Assembly (NCBI GenBank): GCA_030705675.1
Contig: JAUZPZ010000001.1
Location: 364-64,363, forward strand
Source: Bacillota bacterium
GTDB taxonomy: Bacteria > Bacillota > Clostridia > RUG12999
DNA length: 64,000 nucleotides
Direction: 5' to 3'
Positions 47,101 through 57,350 of the stretch are shown one piece after another. Below the pieces are notes generated by a model. That model was not told the DNA's origin, searched no databases, and was given only the letters and a program-made list of their open reading frames with translations. The first letter of the stretch is position 1, and each line of letters starts with the position of its first letter. The position numbers were made by a program, and so were the translations under genes.

Positions 47101-49728
47101 ATGAAAAGCAATCTGATGCTCGAACAATATGGTCGATATAAGAAGCCCGAACTGGAGAATTCTCCGTACAGGTGTCTTTTGAATACAAATATTGAGTTAA
47201 ATCCACATCAGATAAATGCTTTTTGCGCCGCTATTAAAGCACTTAAAGCTGGCGGCATTGTACTTGCTGACGAGGTTGGACTTGGCAAGACTATCGAGGC
47301 AGGACTTGCTTTGAAATGTGTCTTGGACTCTGGAGCAAAAAGGGTTCTTATTGTATTACCAGCAACACTACGTAAACAATGGGAAATCGAACTTGATGAA
47401 AAGTTTGGACTAAAGGCAACGATTTTAGACCGATATACAGTTGAACATGATTATTATGCAACGAAAAGTTGGATTGAAGATAAATGCAAAACGAGAATCG
47501 CAATTACTTCTTATGATTATGCATCAAAATTTATGAGGCGTTTTCCAACAGTAAAATGGGACTTCATCATAGTCGATGAAGCTCATCATTTAAGAAATGT
47601 ATTTCACGGCACTAAAAGAGCGAAAAATCTTTACGACTTATCGCACGGAATACCTAAAATTCTATTGACTGCTACGCCGATTCAAAACTCCTTAAGCGAT
47701 TTACATGGACTCATATCATTTATCGATCCTCGCATTTTTGGTAACGAAAAAGTATTTAGTCGCCGTTTCATCGAGGGACAGGACTATACAGAATTAAAAG
47801 CAGAGTTAATTCCCGTTCTGTATCGTACCCTGCGTAAAGATGTCGGCAAATATATGGACTTTAAAAAGCGTGAATGTCGAACCGTTGATTTCACCTTGTC
47901 AATAGAAGAAGGCGCACTATATGCAAAAGTTAATGCTTTCTTGAAACGAGGCATCCTTTATTCAATACCAAACCAGAATGGCGGACTTATCATGCTGGTT
48001 ATCCGAAAACTTCTTGCGTCTTCAAGTTTTGCGTTACTTGATACGTTCGAAGTTCTCCGCTCTCGCCTAGAGAAAATGTATGAGGGTACGCGTTCTGCAG
48101 ATGCGCAAGATGGATTTGATTTGTTTTGGGGTTATGTTGAAGATGAAATTGCTGAAACGGACTTCAACGAGTGCGAAACCGAAGAAGAACAATTCAATAA
48201 GCAACAAATAAAAGAAGAACTTGATGAGATAAAGTCAATTATTACTCTTGCCGAAAGTATAAAGCAAAATGCCAAGTTGGATGCGCTAAAGAAAGCAATA
48301 ACGACAGCTTTTACTTTTCAAGCTGCAAACAACATAGCACAAAAGGTTATTATTTTCACGGAATCAAAGCGCACTCAGAAGTACATAGCATCAGAACTTC
48401 GGGAAAGCGGCTACGAGGAGGAAGATATTCTTCTTTTTAATGGTGACTTTGATGATGCGATGACAAAAGAAATCTACAGAGCGTGGCTTGTCAAAAACCA
48501 CGGTAAGACGAACTACGGCCGAAGTGTTGAATATAAACACGCAATTGTAGACTATTTCAAAGAGAACGCAAAAATTCTTGTTGTTACAGATGCAGGTTCT
48601 GAAGGGTTGAATCTTCAATTCTGCAATACTGTTATCAACTACGATTTGCCCTGGAACCCTCAAAAAATCGAACAACGCATCGGTCGTTGCCATCGTTATG
48701 GGCAGACACATGATGTTATAGCTATCAATCTTCTAAATACACAAAACGAAGCAGATAAACGGGTCTATGAAATACTTTCTCGCAAGTTCGAATTATTTGA
48801 AGGCGTATTTGGCGCATCGGATATTGCCTTGGGAGCATTAGAATCTGGTACGAGTTTTGAAAAGATTATTCTTGATATCTATCAAACTTGTAATACTCCT
48901 GGTGAATTTAAGAAGGCATTTGACCGCTTGGACAGAAAGCTGGAAGCTAGCCGAGATAAAAAAGCACAGCAACTTCGCAACATCCTCTTGACAGAAAGTA
49001 CAGATGCAAAAAGTGCTGCGCTGGAGAAAACGAAACAAGACATAGATCATTATTTGCATGATGTCGAATATTGGGAACAAATAGCGGAACCGGAGATCGA
49101 CGGAAAGCAATACTACTGGAAAATAGAAAACTGGGGACAGAAAAATTTTGGTTCACACGGCACTTTGTTTTTAGGAGCGTTTGTTGATCTCGCCCATGCC
49201 GCAAAGATGCTCTTTCCCGTATTATTGCTCTGCGACGAGCATGGTGAATACATAGACTTCACCGAAGAAGATATTGTTTCGGCATTGGAAAATGCCGATG
49301 ATCAGGACATAAAGTATTTCAAGCCTACCGAAGATGAAGAAAAAGCCTACAGTGAAATCTATAATCGTTTGACAGAGGAAATGCTTGTAAGGTATCATAC
49401 CTCTGTTGCTACTATAATGGCATACAACAAACAAAAAGTTGAGAACTGGGCAGAGATTCAAACCGAACAGTTAAATTTGCAAATTGAAGAGATGAATAAT
49501 GAAATAACGGAACTCATCCTACAATCTGCTGCAGCAAAAGACTTTTTAGAAAAGGTTGATATTCGTAAAAAGGCAGATGAAAAGCGAAAGCAACTGCAAA
49601 AGATTCAAGAATCGTTTCATAAAAAGGTATCTGCCATACAAGAAGAAGCACAAAAAGAGATCGCCGATTTTGACAAGCAGTTCGAGATATCACCGTTCTT
49701 GCTCATCAATATTGTGTTGAAATTTTAA
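47101..49728 (+). CDS. drmD: SNF2-family helicase (DrmD-like)
   Basis: LADEVGLGKTIEAG, IVDEAHHLRN, LTATPIQNSL, DLPWNPQKIEQRIGRCHRYGQ; C-terminal coiled coil; starts 1 nt after the MTase stop. Confidence 0.8.
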   Translation: MKSNLMLEQYGRYKKPELENSPYRCLLNTNIELNPHQINAFCAAIKALKAGGIVLADEVGLGKTIEAGLALKCVLDSGAKRVLIVLPATLRKQWEIELDEKFGLKATILDRYTVEHDYYATKSWIEDKCKTRIAITSYDYASKFMRRFPTVKWDFIIVDEAHHLRNVFHGTKRAKNLYDLSHGIPKILLTATPIQNSLSDLHGLISFIDPRIFGNEKVFSRRFIEGQDYTELKAELIPVLYRTLRKDVGKYMDFKKRECRTVDFTLSIEEGALYAKVNAFLKRGILYSIPNQNGGLIMLVIRKLLASSSFALLDTFEVLRSRLEKMYEGTRSADAQDGFDLFWGYVEDEIAETDFNECETEEEQFNKQQIKEELDEIKSIITLAESIKQNAKLDALKKAITTAFTFQAANNIAQKVIIFTESKRTQKYIASELRESGYEEEDILLFNGDFDDAMTKEIYRAWLVKNHGKTNYGRSVEYKHAIVDYFKENAKILVVTDAGSEGLNLQFCNTVINYDLPWNPQKIEQRIGRCHRYGQTHDVIAINLLNTQNEADKRVYEILSRKFELFEGVFGASDIALGALESGTSFEKIILDIYQTCNTPGEFKKAFDRLDRKLEASRDKKAQQLRNILLTESTDAKSAALEKTKQDIDHYLHDVEYWEQIAEPEIDGKQYYWKIENWGQKNFGSHGTLFLGAFVDLAHAAKMLFPVLLLCDEHGEYIDFTEEDIVSALENADDQDIKYFKPTEDEEKAYSEIYNRLTEEMLVRYHTSVATIMAYNKQKVENWAEIQTEQLNLQIEEMNNEITELILQSAAAKDFLEKVDIRKKADEKRKQLQKIQESFHKKVSAIQEEAQKEIADFDKQFEISPFLLINIVLKF

Positions 49729-49739
49729 GGAGTGGAGTT

Positions 49740-51353
49740 ATGCATAAGCAAGGAAAACTGGAACTGACATGGGTCGGCAAATATGATGAAAAGAAAATAG
49801 AACCTCGCATACTTGTGGAAAATAAAAGCAAGTCATATGGCGACCCCAATAGTGAAAATATGCTCATCCATGGGGATAATCTTATTGCATTACAAGCACT
49901 TCAGCAGGATTTTGCTGGAAGCATAAAATGTATTTATATCGATCCTCCCTATAATACTGGAAGTGCTTTTGAATATTATGATGATAACCTTGAACATAGC
50001 ATCTGGCTTACAATGATGCAACAACGATTAAAACTATTACACAGTCTGCTTTCAGATGATGGCTTTTTATGCTGTCAGATAGATGATTCAGAGAGTCATT
50101 ATATGAAAGTACTTCTCGATGAAATATTTGGTCGTTCAAATTACTTGACAACGCTCTATGTTCGCGTCAGATATCCTGATAAAACATTAAAATCAGATAT
50201 GGATTTCCATAAAGAAATCGAGCAAGTCCTTGTTTATAGGAAATTATATGGTGCCGTACCAAACTTTGAGTTTGATGATGTTGGTTATGAAAAATTCATC
50301 TATGAGGTTCAAGAAACAGGTGAAGGAATTGAAATCAATCTTGGAGGAAAAAAAGTACGAGTATTCAAGCCTAATGAATATAAAATAGTAACCAAAGAAC
50401 AAGGCGATGAGTATGGCTTAAAAGAAATATGGGCAAGTGGTACCATTTTAGATGGCAATTCGTCTGGTAGATTCTTTAGAGATTATTTAACTGGTCGCTA
50501 TGAAGTAGATGGATATGGAATTTTATATAAAGTTTATGGAATTGGTGATGACAGATATGATTATCGGTACTTTACCGGTCCCAAAAAGCAAGGAGCAACA
50601 AAGGGAAAGTATTATCAAGGGGTTCCTGTAAGTCAATTGGAAAGTGAAGGCGTTGAAAGAAAAAAACCTATTAATGGTTTTTATGACCTTGCTGGTAACT
50701 TTGGAAACTGTCGTCAAGAAGGCAGCGTTGAATTTAGGGGTGGTAAAAAGCCCGAAGCTCTCATTAATCTTATTATGAAGTTTTTCTCTAACGAGGGAGA
50801 TTTGGTCTTGGATTCATTCTTAGGTAGCGGATCTACAATAGCAACTGCACATAAAATGAAAAGAAGATGGATTGGCATTGAACTCGGAGAACACGCATAT
50901 ACACTGTGTAAAGTTAGAATGGATAATGTTGTTAATGGAGATCAAACAGGAATATCAAAGGAAGTTGGATGGCATGGTGGTGGCGGATACCATTTCTATG
51001 AGCTTGCACCAAGTTTGCTTGTTAAGAATAAAAAGATTCCTGTTTATCAAATTAACCCCGAATACACTTTTGAAATGCTCTGTGAAGCAATATGCAAGCT
51101 TGAGGGATTTCATTATAAGCCAGATGGCGTTTATCATGGTCGCTCTTCTGAAAAACGGTTTATCCATATTACAAAAGAATTCGTAAATGCTGAGTATATA
51201 AAGTCTGTTTCATCCACGCTGGGTGAAGGTCAATCATTGCTAATCTATGGAACGAAAATCCAATCTGATTTAAGATTGCCGGACAACATTGAAGTTAAGA
51301 AGATTCCAAAAGACCTTCTGGCAAAATGTGATTTTGAAAGTGAGGTACGTTGA
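49740..51353 (+). CDS. drmMI: N6/N4 DNA methyltransferase, type III Mod-like (DrmMI-like)
   Basis: IHGDNLIALQAL, IYIDPPYNTGSAF, VLDSFLGSGSTIATA motifs. Confidence 0.85.
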   Translation: MHKQGKLELTWVGKYDEKKIEPRILVENKSKSYGDPNSENMLIHGDNLIALQALQQDFAGSIKCIYIDPPYNTGSAFEYYDDNLEHSIWLTMMQQRLKLLHSLLSDDGFLCCQIDDSESHYMKVLLDEIFGRSNYLTTLYVRVRYPDKTLKSDMDFHKEIEQVLVYRKLYGAVPNFEFDDVGYEKFIYEVQETGEGIEINLGGKKVRVFKPNEYKIVTKEQGDEYGLKEIWASGTILDGNSSGRFFRDYLTGRYEVDGYGILYKVYGIGDDRYDYRYFTGPKKQGATKGKYYQGVPVSQLESEGVERKKPINGFYDLAGNFGNCRQEGSVEFRGGKKPEALINLIMKFFSNEGDLVLDSFLGSGSTIATAHKMKRRWIGIELGEHAYTLCKVRMDNVVNGDQTGISKEVGWHGGGGYHFYELAPSLLVKNKKIPVYQINPEYTFEMLCEAICKLEGFHYKPDGVYHGRSSEKRFIHITKEFVNAEYIKSVSSTLGEGQSLLIYGTKIQSDLRLPDNIEVKKIPKDLLAKCDFESEVR

Positions 51354-51355
51354 AT

Positions 51356-54007
51356 ATGTCTGAAATAGTTAAAAAAATCGGCTACGCCATGAGTTTGCGT
51401 ACCCCGCAACAAGAAGCACTATCGTATTTAGATGCGATATCTTTGCATTGCGATTATCAGAAAAACGGCAAGAGCGAAATTGAGGATATTGCCTCCGAAT
51501 ATTGTGAAAAGCAACGCAAGATTAAAGTTGATGAAAAATTCGACTTTCCGTCCTTCTGCTATTACATGGCAACTGGTATAGGAAAAACACGATTGATGGG
51601 TGCTGCTATCTATTACCTTTATAAAACTAAGGGATATAAGCATTTCTTCATTTTGGCACCCGGTAATACTATCTATGATAAACTCCGCAAGGAATCGAAT
51701 CCGGCACACCCTAAGTATATCTTTAAGGGTTTGGAAGCGGAAATGGGACGACCGAGAATCTTTGATGGCGAAAACTATGATACTTATCCTGCCCATTACG
51801 AGCAGATGTCGCTTGTGATTGATAAAACATCTGAAATTCAGATATTCATTTTCAATGTCGGGAAGATTTTCAACAGCAAAACCGATACTCAGTTCAATTT
51901 CCATAAATTCAAGGAAACTTTGGGTGCCTCGTTTGCAGATGTTCTTGCGCAATTTGACGACCTTGTCATTTGTATGGATGAAGCACACCGTTATTATGCT
52001 CCGGCATCGATGAAGGCAATAAATTATTTGAAGCCAATTCTGGGACTTGAATTTACAGCTACTCCGAAGTCCACATCGAATGTTATTTATTCATATGATC
52101 TTGCCCGTGGTGCCGTAGAAGGATATTTGAAGACTCCTGTTGTTATGGGACGATCTAATATGGCCGGTTATAGTGATGCTGATATCGAGGAAATGAAAAT
52201 CCGTGATGGATTAACTTTACACGAGCATAGAAAAGCCGTCCTAAAGGAATATTGCAGTGATCACGATTTGCCATATGTAAAGCCCATCGTATTGATTGCT
52301 TGCAAAGACACGAACCACGCAAAGGAAATTCGCGTCTTGATTGACAATGATAAATTCCTGAATGGAAAATATACAGGCAAGGTTATAGAAATACACTCCA
52401 ACATGAAAGGTGAAGAAACCGAAGAAAATGTGAGACTATTGCTTTCTATTGAGCGCAATGATAACCCAGTTGAAATCGTACTTCATGTATATAAACTAAA
52501 AGAAGGATGGGATGTAAACAACCTTTTCACCATCATCCCTCTCAACGCTGCAAAGAGTGATATTCTTGCTATGCAGACTATCGGTCGTGGACTTCGTTTG
52601 CCTTTTGGTGAGTCAACCGGGAATGAAGACATCGACACGCTTGACATCGTGGCTCATGACCATTATAGAGAACTGGTCGATGAAATTAAGAACAGCGATG
52701 TTTTCCGTTATCGTGACTTGGATAAGTCTGTTGTCGAACCGACCGATTCGGTTGATGTCAATAGCCCTGTTGATGATGCACAATTGTCATTATTAGACAT
52801 GGCATTGACAGATGTTGGAGTTAAATCATTTACAGAAGTCGAGGATGAAAAGACCCAAGAAGGACTCTATGCCTCGTACTTAAAAACGTTCGGTGAAGTA
52901 CAACGCAGAGTAAAAAATGATGATATTGGACAATTAACGCTTTTCGATATTTGTTCTTCGGGAGAACCAAATGTCGAAGTGGATTCTCACCAAAATACCA
53001 CAAATGTGGTTGAGTCACAGGGGAAAGCAAAAAAAGAACCAATGAGCAAAGAAGAATTTGTCCGTACCGTGAAGGAATATTCTGTGAAATCAATTTCAGT
53101 TCCGAAAATTTTGGTACAGACAACATCAACTGTCTCCTTTAATCGCTTTGAAGTCAAACGAACTATTCCTGATTTTGAAGTAGCTATGGCAAAAATTGAA
53201 CGGTTTGATGCAATTAATCAACAGCTGCTTTCTTCTGTTGATGCACAAATACTGGAAGTGGATGATGCACTAAACACCTTGGCGTGTATGCTTCTGGATG
53301 CTATTAGTGAGCTATCATACGATGATGCTGATTTTATAATTGACATTGTTGAGCAATACTTGCCTCAAATTGATAGTGATCCGGAAAATCAGCGAAAAAT
53401 TGTTCGCCGCTATGCTTCTTTGATTGTCTCTGACATTAGAAAGCAGATTTATGAGCATATGGATAAGAAAACCTTTGATATTCATATTGTTCAAAAGGAT
53501 TTAATCTTGTTCCGTAAGTTTAATAAGAGCGTAAAAAAAGATGAAGGTCAAGTAAAGTTTGATAAACCATTTACGGATAAATCGAACATCAAAAAGTATG
53601 TTTTCACAGGATATAAAAGATCATACTATCCTATGAACGCGTTTGATAGCAACACCGAACGTCTTTTCTCTATCATTTTGGAGGAAGATCCGGATGTTAT
53701 GCGCTGGATTAAACCACCGCTCAATCAACTCGGTCTGTTCTGGCAAGCAGGTCAACAATATAATCCGGACTTCCTTGTAGAAACAAAAAGCGGTAAGTTT
53801 ATGGTAGAAGTAAAGGCTGCAAACGAGGTTACATCAGACGAAGTTGTTGCAAAGGCTCGCGAAGGAATTAAGTGGTGCCACTTTGCAACGACAGCAGATC
53901 CCGATAAGAAGACATGGGTATATTGTTTGATTTCAGATGACAATATTCATGTAGGAAATACGTGCAAGTTTACATTGGGAACAGCCCATCAAATTGTGGA
54001 GGAATGA
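51356..54007 (+). CDS. Type III restriction Res-like helicase-nuclease
   Basis: ATGIGKTRLMG (motif I), CMDEAHRY (motif II), TIGRGLRL (motif VI), C-terminal NPDFLVE...MVEVKA PD-(D/E)xK. ATG at 51356 behind GAGG (TTG at 51350 is also possible). Confidence 0.8.
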   Translation: MSEIVKKIGYAMSLRTPQQEALSYLDAISLHCDYQKNGKSEIEDIASEYCEKQRKIKVDEKFDFPSFCYYMATGIGKTRLMGAAIYYLYKTKGYKHFFILAPGNTIYDKLRKESNPAHPKYIFKGLEAEMGRPRIFDGENYDTYPAHYEQMSLVIDKTSEIQIFIFNVGKIFNSKTDTQFNFHKFKETLGASFADVLAQFDDLVICMDEAHRYYAPASMKAINYLKPILGLEFTATPKSTSNVIYSYDLARGAVEGYLKTPVVMGRSNMAGYSDADIEEMKIRDGLTLHEHRKAVLKEYCSDHDLPYVKPIVLIACKDTNHAKEIRVLIDNDKFLNGKYTGKVIEIHSNMKGEETEENVRLLLSIERNDNPVEIVLHVYKLKEGWDVNNLFTIIPLNAAKSDILAMQTIGRGLRLPFGESTGNEDIDTLDIVAHDHYRELVDEIKNSDVFRYRDLDKSVVEPTDSVDVNSPVDDAQLSLLDMALTDVGVKSFTEVEDEKTQEGLYASYLKTFGEVQRRVKNDDIGQLTLFDICSSGEPNVEVDSHQNTTNVVESQGKAKKEPMSKEEFVRTVKEYSVKSISVPKILVQTTSTVSFNRFEVKRTIPDFEVAMAKIERFDAINQQLLSSVDAQILEVDDALNTLACMLLDAISELSYDDADFIIDIVEQYLPQIDSDPENQRKIVRRYASLIVSDIRKQIYEHMDKKTFDIHIVQKDLILFRKFNKSVKKDEGQVKFDKPFTDKSNIKKYVFTGYKRSYYPMNAFDSNTERLFSIILEEDPDVMRWIKPPLNQLGLFWQAGQQYNPDFLVETKSGKFMVEVKAANEVTSDEVVAKAREGIKWCHFATTADPDKKTWVYCLISDDNIHVGNTCKFTLGTAHQIVEE

Positions 54008-54009
54008 TT

Positions 54010-57000
54010 ATGGCCGAACGCATCAAATATGCAAAAGTTAGGCAGGAAATAGTCGACGCACTAAGAGTTGATTTAATAGGTCCACAGGCAGAAGATGAGG
54101 TCATCGATGAGAATCCGAAGTTTGCCTATTTGATAGGTATGCTTGCACCGAAAGTGCCGGATAAGTCGTCTTGTTTTAACGAACAGGAAGTAGATGCAGA
54201 CATTGCCTATGAAGACGGTGCTGACTTTACAGCCGGAGAAGATGATGACAACGAACCAATTACTGTCACACATTTTGACCCGCCTTCATCCATAGGAATC
54301 AGTTTCTATGTCGAGTCCTCCTTGCCATCTATTAACTTGGAACTGAATTGGGGCGACTATACTCGCTCAACTGAAAAAAAGTTGAAGAAGGACGGAAAAG
54401 AAGTTAGCGTTGCCTCTTTCTCTAGGCATCCAATGAAGGAAACTTTAACTATAAACTTTGGAGAAATTGAACGCACAAAAGAGTATTCTCTCGTTTGTGA
54501 CTCTAATGTTCATATTCATGTTTCCAAAATACAGTTAAAACAAGGCTATTCTCTCATAACAGCATATGTAATCAATCGTCGTACAAATGCAGAGAATGAC
54601 CTAGAATCATTAATGTTCCAAGTCGAAGTCAAAGCAGTATCAGTTGATGAAAGTGATGTGTTTTTTGCTGAACACATCTGCCGTGACATATTAGCCCCTG
54701 ATGAGTTTTACTTTGAACAACGACCGATTTTGGGACGAGGCAGAGGTTGTGCAGCCACCTGGGGCGAGGCTGTTAACGGTCGAACAAACTATGTGAAGTC
54801 CGATTTCATACCTCAATATGAATTTCCAGGTGTCAGTGCTGCACTTGAAGGGTTTGATAAATTCTATTTCTCAATGCGTGACCTCTCGGTAAAAACAAAG
54901 AAAGACGCTATCTTGGAAAAGCTCAATACTCTTGCAAATATTTATGAAAAGTGGATTAAAGATGCACTTTTCAATGATGTAAAAATGCAAGACACCGGTT
55001 TTGCAGAAAAAATAGGTAATTCCGTCATCTCAAAATGTAATGAAGCATTGCGACGCATACGTGAAGGGATTACTCTACTCATCAATGATGATATTTCTTT
55101 TGATGCATTCTGCTTTATGAACCGTTGCATGATTCTTCAGCGTAACATTTTAAACTACGCCAAAAAGCACGGTGCCGGTATAGACTGCAATTTCAAAGAC
55201 TTTGTCGATCCAAGGAAACCGGAGAATGATTTTGGCTGGCGGCCTTTCCAAATTGCATTTATTTTGATGAACCTTTCAAGCATGGTTAACCCGCTACATA
55301 ATGATAGAGAGATTGTCGATCTGCTGTATTTTCCAACCGGTGGTGGTAAAACAGAGGCATACCTTGGTCTCATGGCCTTTGTTATAGCCAACAGACGCCT
55401 AAGAGCTGCCGAAAATGATGAATTCAATTATGATGGCGGTGTAACTGCGATTCTTCGTTATACACTTCGCCTTCTCACCACTCAACAGCGTGATAGAATT
55501 ACAAAGATGGTCCTTGCCGCCGAGTTAATTCGGCAAAAAGAATTACCAAAGTACGGAAAAGAACCAATTAGCATTGGTTTTTGGGTAGGCGGAGGAGTGA
55601 CTCCTAACTCATTTAATGATTTGAAAGACCATGCAGAAAAACCTGGTGAAGCAAAACGGCAGCGGAATCTCATATACAAGCAACTGTTGACTTGCCCGTT
55701 CTGCGGGAAGCCATTATCTGAGGACGAATTCTACATAGAAACGGAAAAGAAATCTGTCACGATATATTGTGCGGATAATACTTGCCTATTCTATAAATAC
55801 AGGCAAAATCGCATGGCTATACCCGTTTATCTCGTTGATGAAGAGATATATGCAAAATGTCCAACTATCATTCTTTCAACGGTAGATAAGTTTGCCCGGC
55901 TCCCGTGGGATGTTAAAACAAATAGCATCTTTGGTCGAGTTGACCGTGTATGTAGCCGCGATGGTTATGTAGCCATCGGAGATGAGCATTCAAAGCATAA
56001 TAGGACGCAAGAATTGCCAGCTTCTACTCTGATGCCCGTAAAGCCATTCTTGCCGCCTGAACTTATTATTCAAGACGAGTTGCACCTTATCACGGGTCCA
56101 CTTGGAACTGTATATGGTGCGTATGAAACTATTATTGAGGATTTATGCACCTATAACAAGAACGGAAAGAAGATACTACCCAAGTATATCGTTTCGACTG
56201 CAACTATAAAAAACGCAGACGAACAAACAAAATGTTTGTACGGGCGTCGAAACACTGCACAGTTTCCTCCTAGCGGCTTTGAAATTGGCGATAGTTTCTT
56301 TATTAGGGAAATTCCAACAAAAACCGATCCGTTTAGAAAATATGTTGGCGTGTGCGCTGCCGGTCAATCCGTTAAAACTGCGTTGTTGCGTATTTATGCT
56401 ATCGTTCTTCAGAAAGCATTTGATTTATCGTTGAAGGACGAATACAAGGATGTAATTGACCCATACTACACGCTTGTCGGATACTACAATAGTATTCGTG
56501 AGTTAGGTGGTGCTGTACGCCTGCTGCAAGATGACATTCCTAAAAGAATATATCGTATAAAAAACAAATATGGGATGGACAAGGTTCGTTATCTCAACAA
56601 AAGCACTAATGTCGAAATTACATCACGTATGTCTTCTTACAAGATTCCAGAGCAACTAAAAAAACTGGAAGTCACATATGAAGACAAAGACTGCCTCGAC
56701 ACGGCAATTGCGACCAATATGATAGCGGTTGGTATGGATGTGGACCGTCTTGGCTTGATGGTAGTTACTGGCCAGCCAAAACAAAATTCTGAATATATCC
56801 AAGCAACAAGCCGTATCGGTAGGTCGTTCCCAGGGTTGGTCATAACTTTGTATAATCCGTATCGTCCCAGAGACTTATCTCATTACGAAAACTTTACAGG
56901 GTATCATTCGCAATTGTACCGCTTCGTCGAAGGAACTACGGCAACACCTTTCTCTGCAAGAGCTAGGGACAGAGTAATGCACGCTTTGATTATTTCCGCA

Positions 57001-57348
57001 ATTCGCTTAACATATCCTCAACTTGCTATAAACGCAGGAGCAGGAAATATCTCGTCATTAACAGATGACCAGATTGCAGGGATAAAGGCTTTGATTTTGG
57101 ATAGGTTGAACATCATTAAGCCCGCAGCAAGGGTTGACGCAGAAGATGAAATTGACCAGTTTATTGACAAGTGGAAATTGCTTGCATCCCAATCAAAGCA
57201 ACTTCGATATTATGTTTTGAACACTGAGAAATACAATCGTCTGATGAATTACTATGGTGAAAACTGTACTGACATGGAAAAAGCTACATTGAATTCCATG
57301 CGCGAAGTGGAGAATTCGGCGAATATGTATTACTTTACGGAGGACTGA
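54010..57348 (+). CDS. drmA: Large superfamily-2 helicase, DrmA-like
   Basis: 1112 aa; YFPTGGGKTEAYLGL, IIQDELHLITGPLGT, QATSRIGR motifs; GGAGG RBS; start 2 nt after the Res stop. Confidence 0.75.
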   Translation: MAERIKYAKVRQEIVDALRVDLIGPQAEDEVIDENPKFAYLIGMLAPKVPDKSSCFNEQEVDADIAYEDGADFTAGEDDDNEPITVTHFDPPSSIGISFYVESSLPSINLELNWGDYTRSTEKKLKKDGKEVSVASFSRHPMKETLTINFGEIERTKEYSLVCDSNVHIHVSKIQLKQGYSLITAYVINRRTNAENDLESLMFQVEVKAVSVDESDVFFAEHICRDILAPDEFYFEQRPILGRGRGCAATWGEAVNGRTNYVKSDFIPQYEFPGVSAALEGFDKFYFSMRDLSVKTKKDAILEKLNTLANIYEKWIKDALFNDVKMQDTGFAEKIGNSVISKCNEALRRIREGITLLINDDISFDAFCFMNRCMILQRNILNYAKKHGAGIDCNFKDFVDPRKPENDFGWRPFQIAFILMNLSSMVNPLHNDREIVDLLYFPTGGGKTEAYLGLMAFVIANRRLRAAENDEFNYDGGVTAILRYTLRLLTTQQRDRITKMVLAAELIRQKELPKYGKEPISIGFWVGGGVTPNSFNDLKDHAEKPGEAKRQRNLIYKQLLTCPFCGKPLSEDEFYIETEKKSVTIYCADNTCLFYKYRQNRMAIPVYLVDEEIYAKCPTIILSTVDKFARLPWDVKTNSIFGRVDRVCSRDGYVAIGDEHSKHNRTQELPASTLMPVKPFLPPELIIQDELHLITGPLGTVYGAYETIIEDLCTYNKNGKKILPKYIVSTATIKNADEQTKCLYGRRNTAQFPPSGFEIGDSFFIREIPTKTDPFRKYVGVCAAGQSVKTALLRIYAIVLQKAFDLSLKDEYKDVIDPYYTLVGYYNSIRELGGAVRLLQDDIPKRIYRIKNKYGMDKVRYLNKSTNVEITSRMSSYKIPEQLKKLEVTYEDKDCLDTAIATNMIAVGMDVDRLGLMVVTGQPKQNSEYIQATSRIGRSFPGLVITLYNPYRPRDLSHYENFTGYHSQLYRFVEGTTATPFSARARDRVMHALIISAIRLTYPQLAINAGAGNISSLTDDQIAGIKALILDRLNIIKPAARVDAEDEIDQFIDKWKLLASQSKQLRYYVLNTEKYNRLMNYYGENCTDMEKATLNSMREVENSANMYYFTED

Positions 57349-57350
57349 AA

